Notes: generated from the sequence alone by a model not told the origin. A stretch of 55,563 nucleotides of DNA, filler included, from Sphacelaria rigidula (GCA_964200075.2; 6 parts of 6 records of this genome joined end to end with filler, not necessarily neighbours in it); one strand, 5' to 3'; positions 34,387 to 48,808 are shown, counted from the whole stretch's first letter. Numbers and translations are program-made.

Positions 34387-36966
34387 CAAAATGAGTGTTT
34401 TTGAGCAGCACGATATCCCCCCGACGCGTCCCTCCGGTTTACCCCTCGCCAACGCTGCAGCTGACAAGATCCAATGCCTCAAACGTCTATCAGCGACTAT
34501 GAGAAATATCTCCCCTCGACTATTTTCGACTATTGGAAGGAGTGGACGCGTCGAGAATCGAACACGGCAAGGTGCTGGACGAGAGGGTGTACCTTTGATA
34601 TCTGTGATCTTTGAGCGAGCTACCCTTTCACCTCTCGAAAGCTACTCAGTTATTATGATGACAATATATGCGGAAAAATCACCGCCGCCGTACTTGCTCA
34701 CCATACATACGCTACAGAGACGTACTTACCTGTTCGCCAGCACTGTTTGTGTCGTCATCTAGAGCAGCTGTTCTTGTGGTGACTACCTTGTGACCACAGC
34801 ACCAGATGGCATGGCACACATAATATGCCATACCCTTTGTTGGCCACTCACGAAGGCATTCGAGCCGAATTAAGGGCAATATTGATTTTGGCCCATCAAG
34901 GACATCAACAAGGTGTGACTCGATGAAGGGGACATAACAACAGCTGTTCCGAAGAGATTGTAATTGGGTACCTATATCGTGGAGCAAGGAGCGTGAAACG
35001 ATGTAGATGGGGTGGTGGTAAAGAATATTATTATATTGTTAGTGTGCTGTTTGACGAAATGCCACTGCTCAACCTTCCATGCACTTACTATTGTAATCGA
35101 TCTAATGTACGGCACAATCAGGTCCCCGATCCTGGTCCAACAATAAGGGTGTATATGACAGTTAAGGGCTTTGGCTGTGTATGTCATAACCCTTGATGAC
35201 AATATTTTATGCTACATTGTCGTACTCTGTGGTTCAACATGACAACACGACAAGGTGTACCCTTTTTTGAATTTCTCTTCATTGTGCCCTTGATTGATGA
35301 ACCGGCAGACATTGTCCCGCGGCAGTTATTTGCCCGGAACCCGAAGTTTCGAAGTTTGCTCGCAGCTATTTGTTGTGGGGGCTCCCAGATGTCTCCAACA
35401 GTATCTTACCTGACGACCCGAGGGTCGTACCCCGGCACACGCACGCACTCAAGCAAAGAACAGGTACTTCGTGCCAACCTTGGCTGGCTGAGGGTTGAGC
35501 CGCTATAAACGGCTGTGTGCAGACAGTGCAATAGCAGCACAGCAGCAGAGTTTGCTGTAACTGCTACTGTCCGTTACAGAGGCAGGGAGCTAGGTGTGCG
35601 AGGGCGCGGTACCATACCCAGTACCAGACCATACCATACGGTAGACAACACCGTACCGTTTTGTCGGATAATTTTGCGAATCTTTTCTCGCAACAGCGCC
35701 GTCTACAGGGCTGAGCTAGTTTGTACGGACAGCCGAACGAGAAGGGGGCGTCGACACGAGCCGAGGCATCCTACGTGCAAAGGTGCGTTGTCTGGTTTCG
35801 TGATTCAGGATACTTGCTGCATGAAGTGCCTGGAATGCGACTGGTTGTGTTATGTGTTATGTTGACCAAACACAGCGGAATTGCAACTGGACTACTCGTA
35901 CTACGTACGAGTACTTTGTCGATGTTGTTCCTTTTCAATAATCTGGAGGCGGTATAATCGAAGATAAAGCGCCCCCAACACAGCGCAAAACTCATGTCCG
36001 GCTTGGTAGATGTTGACGCAGCAGCTTCGGTGATCGAAGCTGTTTTGTGCGCTGCGTCACTTGAAAGGATGACGGTGCACGATGCTGCGGTGATTCCGAA
36101 AACTAGATCACTTTCCAATGACAATTCTAGAGGGAAACGACGTGAAATCCGCTGAAGGTCAGCCAGAGATCTTGGCAGCGTTGTTATTTACGTTGGCCGA
36201 CTGTCGGTCAAGGCTGGCACTAAGATAGGAAATAACCACAAGTCAAGGCTCTCCATACTGTATCCTAGAGGGTGGTACCCTTTGTTTATATACGCCGTAT
36301 CGAGCAAGACACGGCCGTACAACCGAGCGGAACAGAACAGTGTCTTGCCCCAAGGACCACCACCCAGGATAGAGCTGCTCGGGGAGGGGGCAACATCTCC
36401 CTCCAGACAGTGTCAGACTTTGGTGGGCGGCTACCACGACGGTCTCACGAGGACAAGGGCGTATGCTGTAGTATTCTTCTAGCAGAATCAACCGGAAATT
36501 CGTCGTGCAGGAGCTCCCGCGTCGACATCGTGACCCTTTCCCGACAGTCGTCTCATCGCCCTTGTGCGGAGTTTTTTTTCGTACTGTATTTCACTTGGTT
36601 CCAGAATAGGACAGAGGACAAGTTGTCTAGTTGAAATTTTCACGGATGGATCGCGGGTATTTCAGCCCTGCCTAGGCGTCGTTCGCATCTTACAGTCAGT
36701 ACTACACTCGTTGTAATTCTGGCTGGTAGCACACAGTGTCAACCACGTGGTGTATTACATGGCCGCGATGCATTTCGTGCATTGAGTGCTTTCTCCCTTC
36801 GCAGTAATGTCCATTCACTCCCATCCGGCTGCCTCAGCCTGTGCGGAGATCTGTCGCGCCACCTTGCCGTGCAGATGTGGACTTTTCTCGTCCAAGGACG
36901 TCTGCCTGTCTAGTCTCGGCATATTTTAGGCCTTGCGAGCATGACCATCTCCAATGGACGCCGCGG

Positions 36967-36968
<2 letters not shown>

Positions 36969-37010
<42 letters not shown>
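36969..37010. repeat. (TTA)n microsatellite at contig end
   Basis: Directly visible. Confidence 0.95.
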
Positions 37011-37110
37011 NNNNNNNNNNNNNNNNNNNNNNNNNNNNNNNNNNNNNNNNNNNNTTAATTAATTAANNNNNNNNNNNNNNNNNNNNNNNNNNNNNNNNNN
37101 NNNNNNNNNN
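37011..37110. other. Artificial contig linker
   Basis: N44-TTAATTAATTAA-N44. Confidence 0.98.
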
Positions 37111-38410
37111 AGAAGAAAAGTTGGAGGGAAAAAAAAAATGAAATTTGGGAATGTTGGGGGGGGGGGGTACATAGGGTCCAGGATTTTTTTTTCCGGACGC
37201 CCTTGCCTCACTCGACGATCAACAGAAAAAGCTGCAGATTATTTGTTTCGCCGGGTATGTTGTCCTGTGTAATTCCCAAGTACATGCGAAGACGAACATA
37301 ACGACATACTCGTAACAAGCTCACCCAAGATAGAAAGTAATCTCGCGGAAAAGAGTTCTGAAGTCTTTGGATGTCCCCTCTTGCCGTCGGATGAGCGCCA
37401 GCTTGTGTTGGAGCACCTGCGGGTTGGGCAGATCGTGTGCAAGTTTTTCGTTTTGTGCTCTCTCACCGGCTTGTGCGTTTGGGCACTCACTGGATTGTGC
37501 GTTTGGGCACGCTCTTCACTTTTGAATGGAGATGTTCTACATTCATCTATCGCACATCGAATCCGCAGTAGGAGGATCGAAAGCAATGGCAATGTCAATC
37601 ATGATGCACTACAGAGGAGGGTCCCAATATGGCCCGTGCCGACTGGGTGTCACGCAGGATCAACGTTGGTTGAACGCCAGAGTGCAGATTCTAAGAAGCT
37701 CGTAGAAATCCGTTCAGCACTCTCGTGGCGCTCTTGGGAGGGGCACACTCTTGAATAGACGTGATGCGCAACGGCGAGCTACATTTTGCATTTTGCACTA
37801 CTTCTGTACTGCACTGTATGTTCTGTGAACCGCATATTGTCCACCCTGTCGATGCGCACCGGGATAAAGATACAGACAGTACAGTACCACACCCCTACAA
37901 GGATACTTGAGTTATACTTCGTACTACTGTACTGTACTGTATTTTGTACTCAGTGGCTGTGGGCGGTAAATTCCACCCTCACTGTGTTGCTCTGCCTGTT
38001 CTGTACTATTCTTGCGACTGCGGATACAGACAGAATGTGACGAAACCCTTGGATATGGTAGATCTCTCACCGGATGCTGCGACACTTCCGCACGGCAAAG
38101 TCCGTCCTTAGACCTTGCTTCATCAGATGAAGCCATAATCAGCATGCACGACAACGTGTGTCCAAGTTGCCTCACCCCTCGCTCAACGCCGTTTGGGTTA
38201 TGACTTCCGTCGAAACTTCAACTGTTGTGACCGCGTATAAAAACGGTCATGCTACCTCCAGCAGTCCAGTGTAGTATGTTCAGTCGGCCAAGCTACCATC
38301 AGCCTCGTAGTCTACAGAGAGATCCAGCGAGCCGTGGCTGTGGTACAAGCAGGTAGTTCATCAACTTGGACGGCGAATATCTAACGGCGATCGTATATCA
38401 GTGGAAAGCG

Positions 38411-41400
38411 ATGCAAGGAGCGAAAACGTTGTCAGTTCTAGCCCTTGCAGTTGGGAGCACCGGAGCTGATCAAAAATCCCCAGCTGCAGCTAACGAGACC
38501 AACGTTGCAGGGGGGCTGCTAGAGGGGGGTCAAGAGAGCCGACCTTTCTTCATACAGGACCCCGCGGATGGTCTCTGTCTCAGTGGGAGCACGTTCAAAC
38601 GCTGCGCAGTAGACACGCTTTGGCGCGTGGAAGGGGAGCCAGGGCGTCTATCTGTGCGGCATATGGCTGTGAGGGAAGATGGTGAGACATATGCTATGTG
38701 TATCGCGTTATATAATAGTTGCTGTTGCTGGTACTGGAGTTGTATGTTGCAGACGTGTCGTCAGATGAAACTGACCGCGGAGCCGCTGCGGTGCCTCGTT
38801 GTCAACTGCCAGCTGGTCATCGCTATTCTTAGTGCTACATTGAGTGAGCTATGATGAGCTAGTTGCTTATTAGCAGCGCGTAAGCTCATGCGTTATTTTC
38901 ACATTCGGTGAAAGAAGACAGCAGTCTCTCGAGGAATGCAGCGTGCATGGAAGTAACGTTCTTCGAACACTTGGCAGCCTTACGCGTGTCCCGTGGGTTT
39001 TTTGTAGGATACGAGGCAGGCAGCACATGCACAAATGTATCCATACCAGTCCTGTACGGTACTCGTATTGTGAGGCACCTGTCTGTTAGTTATGGAAACG
39101 CGCGTGTTTCAAAGGGTTCTGTAGGCTGCTGAAAGGGCTGGCTCAAGCTGAGAGCGTCACAGGACTCCTGCTCTTGGCATGTTTGATGGTATCTACTTGT
39201 AGCATCGTTTCTACTGCAGACAGAACAAGTTTTATTGTACTGTTGTCCCTACACGTTATTATCTGAAAAGGGGTTTGTGCCGTGTGAATTGACGACTTCA
39301 ACTCGTCTGTCCCGCAGTGGAGTTGACATACCAGTACCTGGGGCAATGTCACCCGTTACACAGTACGTAGTTGGCGTCTGTTTAGACACCCACACAAAAG
39401 GAGGGGAAAGTACACCATAGCTTCACCAAGCCAGTATTCTGTCTGATGATTTTAAGACTCCATACATGCAAATGAGCTCTCGTCTTTCCTCACAGTTCAA
39501 CTCGCCCCACCTACTCCAACAGTAGGTCCGACCTATACTACGGTTAGGGGTATCACGTGTCATACTCGTACTGTCCGCCCTACTGTACTTGCACGAAAGG
39601 TGTGGATCCCATTCCAAAATGTGCCGTTACTTATTGTGTGCCAGCCGACGTCTACTTTTGTGAAAGATCTTCGATCGACGCATTCTCTACCCTCCTCTTA
39701 ACCTACCGGTATTCTCACTTTAGCCTTGCGTAGTGTACACCCACTGAGGCATCGATCCGTGCCTGCCTGTGGGCTGAAGGGCGGAAATTATTCCGAGCTG
39801 AGGCCACTTTTGCTCATCCGAGTGAAATATTAGGTATATGTACACCCATATACACTAAAGTTGTAGACTGGCGTCGACACATACACACACGGGTGCATCC
39901 TCAAACTTGTGTGCACTCCTGGATAATGGCAAGTATAACGCGCGGCTAGTCACGATTTGAGGTCTGTCAACGCACATTTAACTTGACCATCCCTTGCTCA
40001 AGTCCTTGGTATGCCTCGGGTTAGGGTTAACGTTATTGCCTTGGACGAAGACAGTCTTGCTTTGAGTAGTAGAACGGCTGTATGATTCAAGTTGACACGT
40101 GTTCTGCTGTGCTGTCTATTTATCTATCTATTAATATCTATGGTGCAGTACAGGTATTGCACCCAGAGCCCGCATGAGCAAGCAGATACACTGTTTCGAA
40201 AAGGTGAACGCGGTTGAAATGGCCATGCAATTGTGGTCAGCAGCTCGTTGCGTTTGCTATTATCCAAGCGTACACACAAGTTTGACGGTGCACCAGGGTG
40301 TACATATAATTTTTCCGCCCGAAGAATCTCCAGCCCGGAAAACGTCTGAGTGTATTATCCGCATGCTTTCCTAAAATCTTTCCTGAGACGATAATTCTCT
40401 GCGACTGGTATTTTTTACCGCACAAGTGTTTTCTCCGTCCATGTTGTCGTGAAGCGGGGTATATCGAAAACGCCTCCCGTGAAGCACGCTGCAGCTAACC
40501 GTTCTTGATAAAATGTACATGGAGGAGAGCTGCAAACAGCACCGTACAGACGGTGCACAGCTGTAACACATCGCTGTGCTGTATACACACAAGTGCGTGC
40601 AAAAACGACACCAGCATACTGTCCGTGCCATATACATGCGGTACAATCACAGTGCATGCCAAAACGGGAGTGTGCATTGCAGGCAACACGCTGCTGTAAA
40701 CACACGACTATACACCGGCCGCTGTTTCGCACACCGCACACAGCACACCGCACAGCAATGAACGAAACGTATCATGCGAGCGGGTGTTCCCATCTTGCTC
40801 CACTTGCTCCACTTGCTGTACCAGTAAAACCCGCCAAAATGTTTCACGATTACAAAATATGGCTACGGAAACTGTTTTGGTCGAGACAAGTTATGGGAAG
40901 TGCACTGCCTCAATAATGAGAAATGGCCTCTACCTGTCAAGTCCGGCGCGCCCGCTTTAACGCCTGACTATTTTTTCTTTCCTTCAGTTACACTTTTATT
41001 CAACCTCCACCCTCCAAGGCCCTACCGTACCCTTCGGACGAGTGCGTCGTTGACTGGTTGACTGGTCTCAAGGGATTACATCACATTACACCAGTCCATC
41101 TCTCCCTCGGCACAGCACACGCACAGGCCGTGCTTGCATTTTGGTCTCACGGATTGGATACTTGTATGGATACTTGTACCGTATCACTTCCGCGCCGGGG
41201 CGACTCTCGTCAAATAAACTATTATACTTTTGCTACTCACGTCCTACTCACTTCCTACTCGCGTCCTGAAGCTTTCAGCCACGGGGCGGGAATCATGAAA
41301 TCATTTACTATACAGACAGTACTTGGAACAAAAACCCAAACGCATGTGGCGAGACTCGAACTCGCGTTCTTTTCACCCTAATTATGTCACGTGTACTGTA

Positions 41401-44400
41401 CCATGAGACATTGGACATTGCATCAGCGGGGCACGACGGCTAGAACACACTGTAGTTTAGGCCCAGCGGTGGTGAATACTCTGCACGTTGCGACCGTTTG
41501 TGTAAATGTTTTCAAGGTCGGTCGGGCTCGCGGGTCACATCACGATAGTGTGGAAGTGTTAAGGGTGCATGCAGGGCAACAACCGTACAGCAATTGCATA
41601 CAATAGTGCACTGCGCCTCTTGATCCCTTCAGCTCGACCATGGATAGTGCGTATGGCGCGTGTGCTGAAGTAAATCGATGCTACCCACTTGGCGACAGGG
41701 GAAGAAGACGCGAAGCAGCCGTGCTTGGATCGCAAGAGCTGCGATTCACACACGTCGCCTCTACGCACCTCGAGCTGTGAACACTGTGGGGCTAAGGGAT
41801 GGAATCTTGTAGGGTGAGCCTTGCCTCAACAAGTAGTTTTCGCAATATAGACTATTTCCACTAGCACGCTCTGCAGTTGCTGGTGGTGCAATGAAGTTAA
41901 TAGCGGAAATGATGATACTGATGGAGTGGCGCAAAGTAAGGATGCTACACCTGCGATAAACATATGACTCCCCTCTCTTGCCACGCTGAATACCGCAGTA
42001 ACAATTTCGTGCGCCGTTGACGATGTAAATTACACCCCACAGCTGGAGTGAAAGCACTGTGCCGCTTACCCCTCACGTACTCGCGTACCTGCTTTTTTGC
42101 TTTCTCGTCCGCAGAGATACGGAGACGGGGTACACTTTATCAGTAGGGCCAGGACAACCAGCAGCAGCAGCGGCGGCGGCGGCGGCGTCTGGCGGTATGC
42201 CGTTACCGGCGGCGTTTGAGGCGGCAACAACGGCTGGGGCTGGAGGGGTGGGTGCTCTGTTGTGCATTGTACGAGACGGAGAGGCGGCGAGAATGGGGAG
42301 TTGCGGCGAACAAGCCATGTTAACTTTGCAGGTGAGAGAGTGCTCTCGCCTTCGCATCCTTCGTCTGCTTCTTGCTTCCCTTGGAAGCGAAGACCCTAGT
42401 CAGTGCAAGAGTCCTGCCGTCCCTCATAGGAATGATCGGAAGGGATGGGCACACTGTAGTGGGTATACTGTATCCTGTTTCTCTCTAGGGTTGTTTTCTT
42501 TGCTGTCGTGCTGTCGTGCTGTCGTTCTCATGTCATTTTGCTATTGTTATGCACCAACAAGAAGAGATCCTGCGGCAAAACACGTTGTAGTGCAGTACCG
42601 ACATTGTACATGTTGGGAATCGAGTGTTGGTCAAGGTGCATTGGAAGATTGAAATGTAAGAAGCGAGAGATTGTACGGACGGTGACAGCGCCGACGATTC
42701 AATTTCCCACCTTGTCTACCGGCGTTCATGGCGGATGTACTGCCGACAGGCTCCGTGTAATGGGTAATAAATAGGTTCGCTAGTGCTTGTGAAGTGTACC
42801 CGTAGTTGAGGCAGGCAAGGGACACTGCGAGGGACACTACGCCATTTCTCTCCTTCATTACGCTGCCAAGAAGTTCTACCAAGCGTGTTGTCCCACTTGT
42901 TGCTAAGCAGCATGGTTCAATTTAGACAGGGGGCAGTGGTGCTGTCTCTGTTTGCCACGTGTGCAGCGGTTGCCGCAGGGGAACCCGGGGGATGTGGGAT
43001 TTGACTGTACTGTACTATTTTACTCCACCTTTTCCAGTTTGCCAGCGAAGACGACATGGCGGCGATGGCGGCGCCAGGGGTACGACTGATCACAGCAGCG
43101 AGTGACGGGGACAAAAAGGGAGTGAGGAGATGGCTGGATCAAGGCGTTGACGTCGACTCGAGAGATTGGGACAATTTAACGCCTCTCATTGCGGCATCCA
43201 GTCAGGGACATTTGGTGAGGGGGAAATTTGATCGTGTTGTGATGGAAGATGACTGGTAAGCAAAACCAGATTTCCCGGGGGTATGTTATTGTGCTTTGCC
43301 TACTTTTGGCTACTTTTGGCTGTGCTGCCGGATGGCATACTATACATTTTATGCTCCTCCTGGCTTGATACGTGGTTGTGCTGCACTGTAGTAGTTTTTG
43401 CCAGCACCGCCGTGATTTTGCGCTTGTTGCTTTCATCGGCCTGTTTGTGGTCATGGTGTCATGGCGTCAATGCGCGATTGCGCGATTGCGCGATTGCGAT
43501 GTGCAGTCCTGTCCAGATGTTGTCGGTAGCGTGTGTGCGGCCTGGTTGTCGTGAGACTATCGGAGTGCTGTAAATGAAAAAGGCGATGCCGCGCAGCACG
43601 TGGATACTACGCTTTCTGAAAAGACGACTTGCTTTGCGTTCGTCCTGTTTATTCGTTTCTTCGCTTCGGGCAGGATGTTGTGAAATTACTCGTGCAGCGG
43701 GGGGCAGGAGTGAACTCGAAAGACAAGGACAACATCAGCGCTCTGATGGAGGCGTCGATCATGGACCACAGGGATGTCGTCAAGCACCTGTTGAAGGTAG
43801 CTTGCCCCCATTAGTGTCGGGCATATCATCGTGCCCTGCCACAAGCTGCTGTTGTAGTGCTATGTCTGCTGCTCAAGTGTCTCCGTTTATAGATTTTTCG
43901 CAAATTAGCTCATCCCTGGGGAATCCAACCGGGGGCACAAGGGGTATAAGTTGGACGTATCCAAAGTAAACTTAACGGAAACACTCGCCAAAGACATCTC
44001 AAGCAAAGGCAAAGACGAAAGAATGAAGACAAAACAAGAATAAGGCCGAAGGTGAAAAAGAACGGGAAGGAGAGGACTGGACGAAAAACAAGAAAGCCGC
44101 CGAAATTGGTGCTGCATGAGACGGATTGATTTTGCAAGTGAACGTCGTTTTTTGTCATGTGTTGGAGTTGCCGTTATTTTTTTCTGTTGCCGAAGCACCC
44201 CGTCCACTTCATGCTCATGCTCATATTCATCCTCCTATGTCCGATGCCTCCGCTACTCTACTACCCCACTACGGTGGCGGGGCTTACGCTGTTGTTGAAT
44301 AGTGCGTTGGTTGTCCTGAGGCACCGGGGGCTGCGTTTACCGAACGGTTTCGTGCTGCACCACCTTGTCACATCCTCGCGTCTTGACAATGCCCGAGTAC

Positions 44401-45856
44401 GGTCGCCTACGGCAAATTATCCCATCCCAGTTTTTTTTTCCCCAGTCACACTTTCTTCCTTTCCCAAACCCGTTTCTCCCCCAGTGCATAATAGTAGACA
44501 ACAGATTCGATACAGTACACTTTTTTTTTGCCAACGTCATATGTCGTCATTGTCCACCGTGTGCACACGTTACATTTTGGTATCGCGGGTTGGATGGTGA
44601 CCATCACCACTCCCGCACAGCGTCGACCGTCGTATAACAAACAAACTAACTAACTAACAAAGTCAATAACAAAGTGAGTCAAACAACCAGACTGACTATT
44701 CTTGCTACTGAAATCCTGTCGTTTTGAACAATGTTTTCAACAATGGAACGAAGCCAAACTACGTGAATCTGGCGGTAATCTAACCCGCGTTTTCCGGAGC
44801 TAATGGCGTCTGTTGTATCATGAGACCGACCAATGGGGCGCGGCGGTACATTCATTGTCCGTTACGTTCACCCTTGTGGGCTCCGGCCAGCCTCCTGCCT
44901 CGCGAACGACGAAAAAGGCGTTTTTGTGGCTGGTCGTTATTGCAGAGGGTGGCGCACATGGTCAGAATCGAGCACCGCACAGTGAAAATAGTGCCTTCCA
45001 ACTTCCAACACCAATCACAGTCAGTGCCACAGTACAGTGCTAGTAGAGCGGAGTACCGCACAGTAGAGTACAGGCGGCAGAGATGCGCGTTGGAGGATGA
45101 TGACCAACAATGAGTGTACCGTACAGTGTGCGCACCAGTTCGTATATAGTACAGTAAAATAATTGCTGGCGGCTTGTGCCCCTGATCTCGCTGTAGAACA
45201 TAATGGTAGTAGAATAGCTGCTGCCAGCCGTGGCTACAAGGGGTGAGGGGTAAGCGGTAAGCAGGAGTGACATCGGAAGGACTCAGATGGCTTACTAATC
45301 AATTACTTGATTATAATGTTGGGCCGTCTTTACCCCCGTCACGTTTTTTCTGTATAAACAAAAAAAGGGCGCGTTCTCGTTCTTGGTCAGTTGGCGCTTG
45401 ATCGCTCCGGCCTCGGCATTGATGATGTCATTCATGTCATTTGTTTATAATAGTGCGATCGGAAAATATGAGGGACAAAATCCACACTCCTTCCATTATT
45501 TATGTGTAGTACAGAAGTATGTATAATAGTATATGTACACAAAAGTAGTACGAACACGGGGTGAAGCTGAGGTTGAAAAGGATTTCTGCACTGTACTGTG
45601 ACTTGAGATGGTAGTCCAAACGGTATTGCACTCTCGTCTTGACATACAGACATCCCCATACGTTGGGCGCACCGTATTGCAGGAAGGCGCAGAGGTGGAC
45701 GCCAAAACGACAACGGGGGTGACCGCTCTGTGGCTGGCGGCGGGGGAAGGGAGAAAAGAGGTTGCTGCAACGCTCATCGCCCGTGGTGCGGACGTGAACA
45801 ACCGAAGAACAGACGGAATAACCGCCGTCATGGCAGCCGCTGTTGGAGGACACAAG
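38411..45856 (+). CDS. Partial multi-exon ankyrin-repeat protein with an N-terminal signal peptide and a Cys-rich (possibly beta-trefoil) domain; 3' end missing
   Basis: Exons with GT/AG ends and compatible phases: 38411-38681 (phase 1), 41699-41813 (phase 2), 42115-42331 (0), 43038-43214 (0), 43674-43796 (0), 45683-45856 (0). Ankyrin motifs: GVDVDSRDWDNLTPLIAASSQGHLDVVKLLVQRGAGVN, GAEVDAKTTTGVTALWLAAGEG, GADVNNRRTDGITAVMAA. Confidence 0.88.
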
Positions 45857-46235
45857 GTGTGGTGTGTCATGTGCCATGTGTCATGTCAGCAGGAGGGGGG
45901 CGTGTGCGCTGTGTCGCGCTGGATTTATTCGTTGTACACTGGTTTGTATACGCCTACCAAACGTGGCCCCCGGTGGGTGGAGCACTATTCACTGCTTGAT
46001 CTAGTCCAATATCTTTCCCGGGGTGTTTGCAGTCCCGTTGAGAAATCAAAAAGTGGCACCAGTTACGGTAGCTTGTAGGCTTTTTATAGGTACCGGTTAC
46101 GTGTTCAGATTGATTATTGTCCAACCGCAAATGACTAGCACGCCGGATAACACCCCCCCCTCGCTGACAATGCTAGGGGAGGAGATGCGTTGACGACACT
46201 TTCTACGATAGACAACAACCCCCACCCCCCACAAA

Positions 46236-46287
<52 letters not shown>

Positions 46288-46387
46288 NNNNNNNNNNNNN
46301 NNNNNNNNNNNNNNNNNNNNNNNNNNNNNNNTTAATTAATTAANNNNNNNNNNNNNNNNNNNNNNNNNNNNNNNNNNNNNNNNNNNN
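46288..46387. other. Artificial contig linker
   Basis: N44-TTAATTAATTAA-N44. Confidence 0.98.
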
Positions 46388-46491
46388 TGGAAATCATACA
46401 TGACGAAGAAAAATACCAACGCATCGAGAATCGAACCCCCTTTCTCTCCACCCTGATGGCGACAGTCGGACCATTACACCACCGGGGCGCG
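46388..46491 (-). mobile_element. tRNA-derived SINE-like head, second copy
   Basis: Reverse complement aligns with 27608-27711. Confidence 0.7.
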
Positions 46492-47168
46492 GGCTACCAG
46501 CGTTAAATATTGGCCGAACAAAATGTTGTTCCGAAAGGAGGTCTGGTCTGGCTGGCGCTCTGATGCTGAAATCCGGTAGCCGTGCTGTAGCCATGAAAGT
46601 GTATTCGGCGATTGTGTTACCCACCCCCCGAATGGTGTGTATGTCGACTGACTTGTTGCGCAATATTATGGCTGATTTGCTGTATTTGTACACGTGCATT
46701 GAAGCTACAAAAGACAAGCGAGCATATCCACGAGACGCTTCAGTGGACGCCTCGGGGCAGCAGTGCAAGCTGAGCTTTCTGAGTGTTTTTTATAGATCTT
46801 TTTAGTGGGAAAGAAAATCCGACAAGCCTTTACCGCGGTGCGGGAGTGCTGATCTTATCCGCGACGCCAGAATGTAAGGCACGTGCCCAGGGGAGAGACG
46901 GGCTGATTGATATCTTGGGTCGACGGGCTGTCCCGAGGATGCGAAGGGGTGGAATAAGGTACTACACATGGCAGGTGGGGGGGACGTACTCATTTAATGG
47001 AGTACATATTTATTGCAAGTGCGCCGGTTTTGCCGTTATGATACTTGATCACTTGGGCGTAGGGGCAGTATCCGAGTAACTACGGTTGCCTACGCACTTT
47101 TTCTTTTCTGGGCACACCTACCTCTACTTTATATATACTCCGGGGTATATGCATATAGGTCTACCTTC

Positions 47169-48549
47169 CACACGTAGGACAGCTCATGAGCTAGCTCATC
47201 TGCGGGCGGTAGCTCACTTGTAGTCAAATATGTACACGTGAGCTACGTCCGATTGCTCAACACAAGGTAAACGGGCGCTGATGAGCTACGAATTGGTAGC
47301 TCACCCAGGACAAACATGCGTAGCTCATGCAGCTCTCATAGCTCACCCAGGGCGAATATGAGCTGATGAGCTACGGGTTGGTAGCTCACCCAGGGGAAAC
47401 ATAAGTAGTTCATGCAGCTCTCATAGCTCACCCAGGGCGAATCTGAGCTGATGAGCTACGGGTTGGGAGCTCACATGTCGCAAACATGCGTAGCTCATAC
47501 AGCTCCCATAGCTCACTCAGGGCGAATCTGAGCTGATGAACTACGTGTTGGTAGCTCACCCAAGGCAAACGTGTGTAGCTCACGCAGCTCTTGTAGTTCA
47601 CCCGGGAAAAACATGAGCGGATGAGCTACGCCCGGTAGCTCACCCCAGGGACACACGGCCGTGGCTCACTCACGTCAAATGCTTAGCTCGCCGCTGGCCA
47701 ACCCCGCGTGTCGCTTACGATGTACTCCGTAACATTCTTGTTCGAAAGGATGGCGCCACATATCATAAGGTTGTGATGTTTTGCCTCACTCTTCGCGATA
47801 GGAAGACGAGAAGCCAACACATATCCTCGTTCGCTTGGTCGGATGGTTAAAAAAGTATCAGTAATCTGTGTCTACAATAATCGACCGATTCATTTGTTTT
47901 GATCGGTTGGCCGCGAGGGTACGAGTCCATCTGGTCATGCATACATTATTCAAGTGAAATTGGAGCCGATTCAACAGATGACTTATGCTCGCCGTCAAGG
48001 GGTTAGTTCTTCGACCGCGAGGGCTGGCGATCTGATAGATCAGCACAATTCACTTCATTTTCTGGGTGTGAATGATGCCGATTCACAGACCTCCTACCCT
48101 CGCGGTCAAAGGGATAAGCATTAGTAGCTCTCATAGCTCTCATAGCTCCGCTAGAGCAAATATGCGTAGCTCATGCAGCTCTCATAGCTCACCCAGGGGG
48201 AATATGAGCTGATGAGCTACGGGTTGGTAGCTCACCCAGGGGAAACATGCATAGCTTATACAGCTCTCATAGCTCACCCAGGACGAATCTGAGCTGATGA
48301 GCTACGGGTTGGTAGCTCACCTAGCAAACGTCCGTAGCTCATACAGCTCCCATAGCTCACCCAGGACGAATAAGAGCTGATGGGCTACGGGTTGGTAGCT
48401 CACGTACGGTAAACATGCGTAGCTCATACGGCTCTCATAGCTCACCCCAGGAAAACATGCGTAGCTCATGTAGCTCTCATAGCTCACTAGGGAGCTACGC
48501 TCAAAAAGAGCTAGCTCGAGCTATAGGGAACTGATCTGTCCAACGTGTG
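47169..48549. mobile_element. Non-autonomous hAT-like DNA transposon (1381 bp) with internal 85-bp tandem arrays
   Basis: TIR CACACGTAGGACAG / CTGTCCAACGTGTG (13/14). Perfect 8-bp TSD CTACCTTC (47161-47168, 48550-48557). GCTGATGA-type motif at 47277, 47362, 47447, 47532, 47617 and at 48208, 48293, 48376. Confidence 0.92.
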
Positions 48550-48626
48550 CTACCTTCTGTACCGCGATGCGCCTGAGTTATTCACCACAAGAGGACCGAC
48601 GACAGCCTTGAAAAACGTGTCGATTT

Positions 48627-48808
48627 CACACCCTGGATAATGACAACATATGGTCAATGGATGCAATAGACAAAATATGTACTGGATAAAGTATGGGCCT
48701 ATTGCAACTATTGATTGCCGACAATAGTCGCAATAGGCCTGTACTTTACCCAGTACATTTCCTGTCTATTGCGTTCATTGACCATATATTGTTATTATCC
48801 AGGGTGTG
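48627..48808. mobile_element. MITE family B copy
   Basis: CACACCCTGGATAAT ... ATTATCCAGGGTGTG. Flanks GTCGATTT / GTAAATTT (6/8). Confidence 0.85.

Noticed and set aside
47180-48530. CRISPR-like appearance of regular repeats (also 2873-3138)
   Set aside because: The units are contiguous tandem repeats without unique spacers, there are no cas genes, and the context is eukaryotic.
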